The notes under the pieces were generated by a model. The model saw only the letters and a program-made list of their open reading frames with translations. It did not search any database and was not told the DNA's origin. From Malacoraja senta (taxonomy: Eukaryota), in contig CM075995.1 of assembly GCA_038087875.1 (NCBI GenBank), positions 11,038,001-11,102,000 on the forward strand: a stretch of 64,000 bases of DNA. Direction: 5' to 3'. Each line of letters opens with the position of its first letter. Within the stretch, counting starts at the first letter, position 1. Both the position numbers and the translations under genes were made by a program. Positions 49,819 through 61,500 of the stretch are shown here, piece after piece.

Positions 49819-50337
49819 AGGCCCGGGGAGCCGTTGGAGCGAGGAGTTACCTGGAGCTGTGAGTAGAAAAACAGCGCGGGGCTTGCTTCTACAGAGGCCC
49901 GGGGAGCCGTTGGAGCGAGGAGTTACCTGGAGCTGTGAGTAGAAAAACAGCGCGGGGCTTGCTTCTACAGAGGCCCGGGGATCCGTTGGAGCGAGGAGGA
50001 GTTACCTGGAGCTGTGAGTAGAAAACAGCGCGGGGCTTGCTTCTACAGAGGCCCGGGGAGCAGTTGGAGCGAGGAGGAGTTACCTGGAGCTGTGAGTAGA
50101 AAAACAGGGCGGGGCTTGCTTCTACAGAGGCCCGGGGAGCCGTTGGAGCGAGGAGGAGTTACCTGGAGCTGTGAGTAGAAAAACAGCGCGGGGCTTGCTC
50201 CTACAGAGGCCCCGGGAGCCGTTGGAGTGACGAGGAGTTACCTGGAGCTGTGAGTAGAAAAACAGCGCGGGGCTTGCTTCTACAGAGGCCCGGGGAGCCG
50301 TTGGAGCGAGAAGGAGTTACCTGGAGCTGTGAGTAGA
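49819..50337 (+). repeat. 76-79-bp monomer array (6 full + 1 partial) at the CR1 5' end
   Basis: Units start at 49819, 49895, 49971, 50049, 50128, 50207 and 50286. Confidence 0.95.
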
Positions 50338-50459
50338 CCCAAATCTGGAACGTTCCATCTGCAACTGCAACGTTCCAGATAATGTGTGGGGGAAGCCTCT
50401 GATTGGTCGAACGGACTAGAGGAAGCAGCTGATTGGCTTGTATCCCAGGTAAGGGGATT

Positions 50460-51390
50460 ATGAGGGCCAGGGCAGTTTACTGTTCTGGATGTCAGATGTG
50501 GGAAGTCATGGAGTCTGATAGCCCTCTAGACGTCCACATCTGCGCCAGGTGCGTCGAGATGGGGCTCCTAAGGGACCGTGTTAGGAACCTGGAGCAGCAA
50601 CTCGATGACCTCTGTCTGCTCAGGGAGAGCGAGGAGGTCATAGAAAGGAGTTACAGGGAGGTGGTCACTCCAAGACCACGGGAGACAGAAAACTGGGTCA
50701 CAGTTAGGAAGGGCAATGGGCAGAGGCAGGGACTGGTGAGTACCCCAGTGGCTGTACACCTTGAAAATACGTACTCATGTTTGAGTAATGGTGGTGGAGA
50801 TGGCCTACCTGGGGGCAGCGACAGCGGCCGGGCCTCTGGCACAAAGACCGGTCCTGTTGCTCAGAAGGGTAAGGAAAAAAAGAGGAGGGCAATTGTAATA
50901 GGGGACTCTATAGTCAGGGGGTCGGATAGGCGTTTCTGTGGACGCAGACAGGAGACCCGGATGGTAGTTTGCCTCCCTGGTGCCAGGGTCAGGGATGTGT
51001 CTGAACGCGTCGAAGAAATCCTGAAATGGGAGGGAGAGGAGCCTGAGGTTGTGGTACATATAGGTACCAACGACATAGGTAAATAAAGAGAAGAGGTCCT
51101 GAAAGAAGAATTCAGGGAGTTAGGTAGAGAGTTAAGGAGAAGGACTGCAAAGGTAACAATCTCAGGATTACTGCCTGTGCCACGCGACAGTGAGAGTAGG
51201 AATGGAGCGAGGTGGAAGATAAATGAGTGGATGAGGGACTGGTGCAGTGGGTATGGATTCAAGTTTCTGGATCATTGGGACCTCTTTTGGGGAAGGTGCG
51301 ACCTGTACAGAACGGATGGGTTGCACTTGAACTCGAGGGGGACCAATATCCTGGCGGGTATATTTGAAAAGGCTACTGGGGAGACTTTAA
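50460..51390 (+). pseudogene. CR1 ORF1: zinc finger, coiled coil and SGNH esterase
   Basis: CSGC...HICARC, IVIGDSIVRG, HIGTND, DGLHLN; premature TAA at 51084-51086. Confidence 0.9.
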
Positions 51391-53477
51391 ACCAGTATGG
51401 TTGGGGGGAGGGACTCAAATTGTGTAAGCTAGCAGTCAGTGTGTGAGGCAGGAGGCAGAGAATGGAAGCACTCTGACCCAAAATGTAGGGGAGAGAGAAG
51501 GAAAAGACAATAAACAGAGAATAAGAGAGGGTGGGTTTCTTAAATGTGTATATTTTAATGCTAGGAGCATTGTAAGAAAGGTGGATGAACTTAAAGCCTG
51601 GATTGACACCTGGAAGTATGATGTTGTGGCGATCAGTGAAACATGGTTGCAGGAGGGCTGTGATTGGAAACTAAATATTCCAGGATTTCGTTGCTTCAGG
51701 TGTGATTGAATTGGAGGGGCAAGAGGTGGAGGTGTGCATTGCTTATCAGGGAAGATATTACAGCAGTGCTTTGGTAGGATAGATTAGAGGGCTCTTCTAG
51801 GGAAGCTATTTGGTTGGAACTGAGAAATGGGAAAGGGGTAGCAACACTCATAGGGGTGTATTATAGACCGCCAAATGGGGAGCGAGAATTGGAGGAGCAA
51901 ATATGTAAGGAGATTGCAGATATTAGTAGTAAGCACAAGGTAGTGATTGTGGGAGATTTCAATTTTCCACACATAGACTGGGAAACACATTCTGTAAATG
52001 GGCTGGATGGGTTGGAGTTTGTAAAATGTGTGCAGGATAGTTTTTTGCAGCAATACATAGAAGTACCTACTAGAGAAAGGGCGGTGCTGGACCTCCTGTT
52101 AGGAAATGAGACGGGTCAGGTGGCAGAGGTATGCGTTGGGGAACAGTTCGGGACCAGTGATCATAATACCATTAGTTTCAATATAATTATGGAGTGGGTC
52201 AGAACTGGACCTAGGGTTGAGATTTTTGATTGGAGAAAGGCTAACTTTGAGGAGATGCGAAAAGATTTAAAAGGAGTAAATTGGGACAGTTTGTTTTATG
52301 GGAAAGATGTGGAAGAGAAATGGAGGACATTTAAAGGTGAAATTTTAAGAGTACAGAATCTTTATGTCCCTGTTCGTGGACTGGGCTGTGATTGGCAAAT
52401 AAATATTCCAGGATTTCGTTGCTTCAGGGGTGATAGAATTGGAGGGGCAAGAGGTGGGGGTGTTGCATTGCTTGTCAAGGAAGATATTACAGCAGTGCTT
52501 TGGCAGGATAGATTAGAGGGCTCGTCTAGGGAGGCTATTTGGGTGGAACTGAGAAAGGGGAAAGGTGCAGCAACACTTATAGGGGTGTATTATAGACCGC
52601 CAAATGGGGAGCGAGTATTGGAAGAGCAAATATGTAAGGAGATAGCAGATATTAGTAGTAAGCACAAGGTAGTGATTGTGGGAGATTGCAATTTTCCACA
52701 CATAGACTGGGAAACATTCTGTAAAAGGGCTGGATGGTTTGGAGTTTGTAAAATGTGTGCAAGATAGTTTTTTGCAGCAATACATAGAGGTACCTACTAG
52801 AGAAGGGGCAGTGCTGGACCTCCTGTTAGGAAATGAGACAGGGCAGGTGGCGGAGGTATGCGTCGGGGAGCACTTCGGGTCCAGTGATCACAATACCATT
52901 AGTTTCAATATAATTATGGAGAGGGTCAGAACTGGACCTAGGGTTGAGATTTTTGTTTGGAGAAAGGCTAACTTTGAGGAGATGCGAAAGGATTTAAAAG
53001 GAGTGAATTGGGACATGTTGTTTTATGGGAAGGATGTAGAAGAAAGATGGAGGACATTTAAGGGTGAAATTTTAAGAGTACAGAATCTTTATGTCCCTGT
53101 TCGGTTGAAAGGAGGTAGAAATAATTGGAAAGAGCCATGGTTTTCAAGGGAAATTGGACACTTGGTTCGGAAAAAGAGAGAGATCTACAATAATTATAGG
53201 CAGCATGGAGTAAATGAGGTGCTTGAGGAGTATAAAGAATGTAAAAAGAATATTAAGAAAGAAAGAAATTAGAAAAGCTAAAAGAAGATATGAGGTAAGG
53301 TGAAAGTAAATCCAAAGGGTTTCTACAGCTATATTAATAGCAAAAGGATATCAAGGAATAAAATCGGTCTATTAGAGAGTCAGAGTGGACAGCTATCTGC
53401 AGAGCCAAAAGAGATGGGAAAGATATTGAACAATTTCTTTTCTTCGGTATTCACGAAGGAGAAGAATATGGAATTAT

Positions 53478-55025
53478 GTGAGGTTCAAAGAAGAGGAGGT
53501 GCGGACACTTTTGAAAAATATGAAAACGGATAAGTCTCCAGGTCCTGACAGGATATTCCCTAGGACATTGAGGGAAGTTAGTGTAGAAATAGCAGGGGCT
53601 ATGACAGAAATATTTCAAATGTCATTAGAAACGGGAATAGTGCCGGAGGATTGGCGTACTGCGCGTGTTGTTCCGTTGTTGAAAAAGGGTTCGAAGAGTA
53701 AACCCAGCAATTATAGACCTGTTAGTTTGACATCAGTGGTGGGCAAATTAATGGAAAGGATACTTAAAGATAATATATATAAGCATCTGGATAAGCAGGG
53801 TCTGATTAGAAACAGTCAACATGGATTTGTGCCTGGAAGGTCATGCTTGACTAATCTTCTTGAATTTTTCGAAGAGGTTACTAGGGAAATTGATGAGGGT
53901 AAAGCAGTGGATGTTGTCTATATGGACTTCAGTAAGGCCTTCGACAAGGTTCCTCATGGAAGGTTGGTTAAGAAGATTCAATTGTTGGGTATTAATGGTG
54001 GAGTAGCAAGATGGATCCAACAGTGGCTGAATGGGAGATGCCAGAGAGTAATGGTGGATGGCTGTTTGTCAGGTTGGAGGCCGGTGACTAGTGGGGTGCC
54101 TCAGGGGTCTGTGTTGGGTCCACTGTTGTTTGTCATGTACATCAATGATCTGGATGAAGGTGTGGAAAATTGGATTAGTAAGTATGCAGATGATATTAAG
54201 ATAGGTGGTGTTGTGGATAATGAAGTAGATTTTCAAAGTTTACAGAGAGATTTAGGCCATTTGGAAGAGTGGGCTGAAAGATGGCAGATGGAGTTTAATG
54301 CTGACAAATGTGAGGTGCTACATCTCGGCAGGACAAATCAAAATAGGACGTACACGGTAAATGGTAGCGAATTGAGGAATGCAGTTGAACAGAGGGATCT
54401 AGGAATAACTGTGCATAGTTCCCTGAAGGTGGAATCTCATGTAGATAGGGTGGTAAAGAAAGCTTTTGGTGTGCTGGCCTTTATAAATCAGAGCATTGGA
54501 TATAGAAGTTGGGATGTAATGTTAAAATTGTACAAGGCATTGGTGAGGCCAATTCTGGATTATGGAGTACAATTTTGGTCGCCTAATTATAGGAAGGATG
54601 TCAACAAAATAGAGAGAGTACAGAGGAGATTTACTAGAATGTTGCCTGGGTTTCAGCAACTATGTTACAGAGAAAGGTTGAACAAGTTAGGTCTTTATTC
54701 TTTGGAGCGCAGAAGGTTAAGAGGGGACTTGATAGAGGTCTTTAAAATTATGAGCGGGTTAGACAGAGTGGACGTGGATAAGCTTTTCCCATTGAGAGTA
54801 GGGAAGATTCAAACAAGGGGACATGACTTGAGAATTAAGGGACAGAAGTTTAGGGGGAACATTAGGGGGAACTTCTTTACTCAGAGAGTGGTGGCTGTGT
54901 GGAATGAGCTTCCAGTGAAGGTGGTGGAGGCAGGTTCGTTTTTATCATTTGAAAATAAATTGGATAGTTATATGGACGGGAAAGGAATGGAGGGTTATGG
55001 TCTGAGCGCAGGTATCTGGGACTAG
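53478..55025 (+). pseudogene. CR1 ORF2 RT domain (open for 515 aa; upstream frameshifts)
   Basis: NYRPVSLTS, QHGF, DFSKAFD, GVPQGSVLGP, YADD. Confidence 0.93.
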
Positions 55026-55917
55026 GGGAGAATACGTGTCCGGCACGGACTAGAAGGGTCGAGATGGCCTGTTTCCGTGCTGTAATTGTTATATGGTTAT
55101 ATGGTTATATGGTTATGTCCACAGTAGTATCTTGGTGAGGTGGACCATTATTTACAAAGTTGCGAGTTGAAAGCAGTGAGTTGAATAACACTGCGCCACG
55201 GTTTAATGTCATCCGGAGTGCAATTCGACGATAATCACACACAAGGTCTACTGCCGTTTATGCCAACATATTCAATTGAGGCACATAAGGAATAGGAATA
55301 ATTTTGACATGTGCGTGGTCAGGTTAGAAATTAGTTACCGTGACTTTAAGTCTACCCCGTCCATATTTTCCAGCATCTGCCAATTAATCCCTTAAACCCA
55401 AGAAATCGTGGTGAAAGGCAATCGACCAGAAACATTGGCCCAAAACAGTTGCTTTGCAACCTGCTGAGTGGTTATGTTGTTTCGGTTCCAATTTAGAGAT
55501 ATACTAGCGTGCAAATGCTATGCAGCGCGAAAAGATATCCTGCAAACCAACTCGTCAGATTAAACCAAATTCCCCACCCGAACTAATTCCACTTGTCTCC
55601 ACCTGGGACTAATTCCATCCCAGCCTTTCGTTTTCCCATACGTCTACTTTATCGTTTTAATTACGTTTATCTAACTCTTCCGCTTTTGCCTTTTACTTGT
55701 GTTCACTCTCCACATCTTGGTGGTATTGGTGGTACTCTGCATCTAAATATAGGAAGAATATCATTGTTGGAAAGGTGCAGAAGAGATTCAGCGGACCTTC
55801 ATGGAACATAGAAAAGTACGGTAGACGAACAAGCTAATCGAGCCATAATGTGTCTGCCGAGTATGATGCCAATATAAACTAACCTCATGTAATCCATGTC
55901 TCCGTTCCGTACATATC

Positions 55918-56090
55918 CTTCACCGTGCCTTTAACAAATAATTCTACACACAACGGAAGTGGCGGGATTGGACCACCAATACCACCACTGCCGTTGTGTG
56001 TATTCTACATACGACGGCAGTGGTGGTATTGGTGGTCGAATCCCATCACTGCCGTTGTGTGTAGAATTATTTGTTAGAGGCACTTTGAAG
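55918..56090. repeat. Nested near-perfect palindrome (MITE-like)
   Basis: 55932-56076 folds about a 3-nt centre; each arm is itself a hairpin. Confidence 0.9.
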
Positions 56091-56309
56091 ACTCTCAACT
56101 CCCATTTCAATGAAATTTCCAGCTGCAAGATCTTGAATATCAATCTTTATGTTCTTATGTTCTTTCTTGAACCCGGACATTCAGCGTTCCACATTCAAGC
56201 TACCAAGGGACATGACAGGGACATGTTGGCATTGCTATTACTGTCTTGAATCCTTCAGTTTTACAGATCTAGATTTACTTACTGTACTTTCTTGCCGTAT
56301 AAGCAATTT

Positions 56310-56536
56310 ATTTGTGGAATTCCCTGCCACATAGGGCAGTGGAGGCCAAATCACTGGATGGATTTAAGAGAGAGTTAGATAAAGCTTTAGGGGCTAGTGG
56401 AATCAAGGGATATGGGGAGAAGGCAGGCACGGGTTATTGATTGGGGACGATCAGCCATGATCACAATGAATGGCGGTGCTGGTTCGAAGGGCCGAATGGT
56501 CTCCTCCTGCACCTATTTTCTATGTTTCTATGTTTC
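56310..56536 (+). mobile_element. CR1 (family A) 3' end
   Basis: Matches 25060-25211 plus 27622-27704 as an uninterrupted copy. Confidence 0.9.
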
Positions 56537-56593
56537 AATAACAAGTTCCCAGCTTGCTTGCTTGCTTGTTTGCTTGCTGTAATGCAAGTAGTT

Positions 56594-57245
56594 TTTTTTT
56601 ATTTTAATTTTTAAATTTTTTTATTTATTAGAAGTACATTACATTACAACCACATACATTAGTACTCGTCACTTATGTCTTCCTACAGTTAATGTACTCC
56701 ATTTGTTTTTTACACTAGTAAAAGGAAAAGATTGAAAGAAAGAAGAAAGTGAAGGAAAAAGTGAGAGTGTAGAAAATGTGACAACAAAAAAGGACGAAGA
56801 CCCTATAAGAACAAAATTAAAAACAAAAGAAAAAGAGTTAAGAAATAGACCCTAGAAAAGAAGGAGAAAGAGAAAGAGGAAAAAGAGAGAAACAAATATT
56901 TTTATGAGCATTACGCAAATGGGACATACCAACTCTTCAACTATAATCCCCCCTTACCTGACCTAAATTTTTTTTAAGGTACCTTTGCACCCTATATTTG
57001 TAATAATTCTATAAATGCAGACCACGTCAGGTGGAAGTGATCTGGTTTACCTGCTAGGAGTCTTATCTCTTCTAGGTGTAATGTTTCGAACATATTTGAA
57101 ATCCACATGTTTATAGTTGGTATTGGAGCCTTCTTCCAAAATTTTAGAATTAGCTTTTTTCCAGTTATTAACCCATAGTCTATTAGTTTCTTTTGAAACA
57201 CATTTAGTTCTGGACCATCTTCCGTTATTCCGAAGATAATCCATT
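56594..57245 (-). mobile_element. L1 3' fragment flanked by an 87-bp duplication
   Basis: Homologous to 7005-7665; 56507-56593 equals 57246-57332. Confidence 0.92.
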
Positions 57246-58391
57246 CTGCACCTATTTTCTATGTTTCTATGTTTCAATAACAAGTTCCCAGCTTGCTTGC
57301 TTGCTTGTTTGCTTGCTGTAATGCAAGTAGTTGTTCCTGGCCTGGGCACTGCACCAGAAACGGGAGTGATCTGGAGAAAGGACTGAAGGGGGAACTACAG
57401 TACACTGGGAAGTAACTGATGTTGAATATTTACAGAAGATGCCAGAACGTGTGTACTGCCAATGCTTTGCTAGATCAAGATGTGATGTCAATAAGGTTGG
57501 ATCTCAGAAAGGTTGCCAGACCAGACCCTAAATGGTGAAATCTGATCTAATGTCATGGATGGTAAAGATAAAGGGAAATGAAAGGGCGGAGCAATCTCCT
57601 ATTCAAAGGAGACAAGGACAAGGTCAACCAGAGGAGATGACGAATGCAGGCTGATTAGGTCGAGCCCTCACGCTTACAGAGTCCACTGTGCCGTGTGTAG
57701 GTTTTGGGACGGTCTTCTACTTCTTTCGTGTGGCGTGCACAGCCTAATGTTGTTGGACAACTTGTTCTTCCCATCTCCCCCTATGTCTGCCTTCCGCAAA
57801 GACCGCTCCCTCCGTAACTCCCTTGTCAATTCTTCCCTTCCCTCCCATACCACCCCCTCCCCTGGTACTTTCCCTTGCAACCGCAAGAGATGCAACACTT
57901 GTCCCTTCACTTCCCCCCTCCACTCCATTCCAGGACCCAAGCAGTCGTTCCAGGTGCGACAGAGGTTCACCTGCATCTCCTCCAACCTCATCTATTGCAT
58001 TCGCTGCTCTAGATGCCAGCTGATCTACATCGGTGAGACCAAGCGGAGGCTTGGCGATCGTTTCGCCGAACACCTCCGGTCGGTCCGCAATAACCAACCT
58101 GAACTCCCGGTGGCTCAGCACTTCAACTCCCCCTCCCATTCCGTATCTGACCTCTCTGTCCTGGGTCTCCTCCATGGCCACAGCGAGCAACACCGTAAAT
58201 TGGAGGAAATGCACCTCATATTCCGCTTGGTCAGTCTACATCCTGGTGGCCTGAACGTTGAATTCTCCCAATTCTGCTAGCCCTGGCTGTCCCCTCCCCT
58301 TCATCAGCCATCTGGTTGTCTCCTCCCCTCCCCCAGCCCTCGGGCTCCTCCTCCTCCTTTTCCTTTTTGCCTTTCTTCTCCCCACCCACTA

Positions 58392-58428
58392 TCAGTCTGA
58401 AGAAGGGTTTCGGCCCGAAACGTTACCT
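58392..58428 (+). ncRNA. Minimal hammerhead ribozyme motif (5' repeat)
   Basis: CTGAAGA-A-GGG(TTTCGG)CCC-GAA-ACGT-T: conserved core boxes, stem II, loopless palindromic stem III; stem I is weak. Confidence 0.75.
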
Positions 58429-58559
58429 ATTTCCTTCGCTCCATAGATGCTGCTGCACCCGCTGAGTTTCTCCAGCATTTTTGTGTACCTTCGATTTTCC
58501 AGCATCTGCAGTTCCTTCTTTAACACTTTGTCTACTCCACTGCGAAATCTCGTCAAGGT

Positions 58560-61500
58560 ATGCCTACTTTGAAGAAGTTCTCCTCCTCTCTCCGGAGACT
58601 GTTCCACACCCAACTCGCTAACTGCCCCATCTCTGTGATCCCCCCTGCCCTCCAACTCTACGACCACATCCTTACCCAAACTCGATACCACAGCCACATC
58701 TGCTTCCTCGGGGCATGCCTGCGCCTCCATCTCATACCTCATGGCTTCCAGCTCCAGTTCCCTACTTCCCAGTTCGGACCTCAGCCGGACTATCGGTACC
58801 GACTGGCTATCTACCGGCATACCCAACAATTCTCCACCCGGGCACTGAGATCCACACTGACTGCGATGCGCCGGCATCAGCAGGACCTCGCATTGACTCT
58901 CCCAGAACTTCGGGCCTCACTCACCCAGACCTGCAACGGACCACAACTGTACTTTATCCGCCGGAAGATCCACCTCTTCAATAAAAGATTCCTGGCCCAC
59001 CTCAACTCCACCAAGGACCTTAAATTAGCCCGCCTCCAGGCCGCTCCCGCCGCCGACTCTCGGCGACTCGACCGCCCGCTGGCTCCGGGCCCCAACACCG
59101 GCCCGCATCGCCTGCCCCGGTCCCGCGACGCCATCTTGTCCACGGGGAGCGACTCCAGTACTCACCAGGACGCCATCTTGTCCACGGGGAGCGCCTCCAG
59201 TACTCACCAGGAGGTCGCCTTAACCGACCTCCACGTCGATGCTGCCGCCGACCTTCACCTGCCTACCGATGACGCCCAGGCTCGCCGCTTCTACGGTAAC
59301 TCGGACTTCCTTCCCCTCGCCGATTCCTCCGAACCTCGCCGCCCCCCGGGACCTCCCAGCATCGCCGCCGGACCGGGCCCATCCAGCATCGCCGCCGGAC
59401 CGGGCCCACTCTACACGGCCGCCGGACCGGGGATCCACGAACTTGGCCGCCGCACCGCACCCTATTCACCCCGTCGCCTCACCGGACTGGTCGAACCACG
59501 CCGCCCCACCGACCATCCGCCTACCGGGACCTCCCACGCATCGCCCGTGGACCCCGACTCTACTGCCCACCTACCCCGACCATCGGGTCCACCGACCCTC
59601 GCCACTGCAACGCCCTACAGCCCCACCGACCCCGACTACACTGCCCACGGACCCCGACCGTCGGGTCCGCTGACCCTCGCCACCGCACCTCCCTCCAGCA
59701 GCCCGCAGCCGTCGCCTTACCTGCAAACTGGACTCTGTACTGGGCCTGAAGCCTCCACGCTGTTCACTCCCACTCTCCTGGGTTTGACTCCACTGGGTCC
59801 TAGCGCTAGTCTGCCTAACCCTGGTTATCTCAGTGGCAGTTCCACTGATTCTTCCCCATCCCTCTCCAACTATGGGACCACTTCTCTTCCACACCCACAC
59901 CACTGCCCTCTCACCCCCCCACCCCCTGACCACCCACCACCCCCCCACCACACATCGCCTCGTCCCCATTACACCCACCTGCCTTCCTCCGGCCCCAACC
60001 CCCATCCCTGCCGGGTGTTCACCATCCCCCCCGACCTCCCACTCTCCGACATCGAACGGTCTGTCCTCAGCAGAGGTCTTACCTTTGTCCCCCTCCGTCC
60101 CCATCTCAATGAGTTCCGTGCCCTCCATGACTTGGAATGCTTCTACCGTCGCCTCCGCCTCACAGCTCACTTCCATGGGAAGCAGTCCTCGCTCCCCACT
60201 GATGACCCCTTTTCCCGTCTCCAACGCACCCCATCCTCATGGAACCCCCCTCGCAGCCTTCCGGCTTTAGAACTCTTTATTAAAAACTGCCGCCGTGACA
60301 TCCACCGCCTCAACTTCTCCACTCCCCTGTCTCACTCCAATCTCTCCCCCCTTGAACGCACTGCCATCGACTCACTCCGCAACAACCTAGATTGGGTTAT
60401 CAAACCCGCCGACAAGGGAGGTGCCATGGTAGTCTGGCGCGTCGACCTCTACAAAGCTGAGGCCACGCGCCAACTCTCGGACACCTCTTCCTACTTACCC
60501 CTGGACTATGACCCCACTGACGAGCACCAGGCCACCATCTCCAGCACCATCACCAACTTCATCCACTCCCACGCCCTGCCCGAACGAGCCTCCAACCTCA
60601 TCGTTCCCCAGCCCCGCACAGCCCGCTTTTACCTTCTCCCCAAAATCCACAAACCTGACTGTCCCGGTAGACCCATTGTCTCTGCCTGTTCTTGCCCCAC
60701 CGAACTCATCTCCACCTACCTCGACTCCATACTATCCCCCTTGGTTAAATCCCTCCCCACCTATGTTCAAGACACCTCAGACACTCTCCGTCATTTCCGC
60801 GCATTCCACTCTCTAGGCCCTCACCCCCTCATCTTCACCATGGACGTCCAGTCACTGTACACCTCCATCCCCCACCAGGATGGTCTCAAAGCCCTCCGTT
60901 TTTTCCTCGACCGTAGAAGCAATCTATACCCGGCCACTGACACCCTCCTCCGCCTAGCGGAGCTGGTACTTACACTTAATAACTTTTCATTTGACTCCTC
61001 CCATTTCCTCCAATTACAAGGCGTAGCTATGGGCACACGCATGGGACCCAGCTACGCCTGCCTCTTTGTCGGGTACGTAGAACAATCCCTGTTCAATGCG
61101 TACCAGGGCCCCATCCCCGACCTCTACCTCCGCTACATCGATGATTGTTTTGGTGCCACATCCTGCACCCACACACAACTGACTGACTTCATCCGCTTCA
61201 CCACCAACTTCCATCCGGCACTCAAATACACCTGGACCATTTCCGACACTTCCCTACCATTCCTTGACCTCACTATCTCCATCGCAGGTGATAGACTCCT
61301 TACCGACATCCACTACAAACCTACCGACTCCCATGGCTATCTGGACTACACTTCTTCCCACCCTGCTTCCTGTAAGGACTCCATCCCCCACTCCCAATTC
61401 CTCCGTCTACGCCGCATCTGCTCCCAGGATGAGGCGTTCCACACCAGGGCATCTGAAATGTCCTCATTCTTCAGGGAACGGGGGTTCCCCTCCTCCACCA

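Larger units (their letters stand above)
49819..55116 (+). mobile_element. Full-length-type CR1 LINE (family B) with duplicated endonuclease segment
   Basis: 5' monomers, ORF1, EN twice, RT, (ATGGTTAT)n tail. Confidence 0.93.

Noticed and set aside
49819..50337. CRISPR-like regular repeats
   Set aside because: Head-to-tail monomers with no unique spacers, no cas genes, eukaryotic context
57693..58280. Stand-alone GIY-YIG nuclease gene
   Set aside because: It is the duplicated 3' part of the Penelope ORF within the 5' repeat; the N-terminus is flanking DNA
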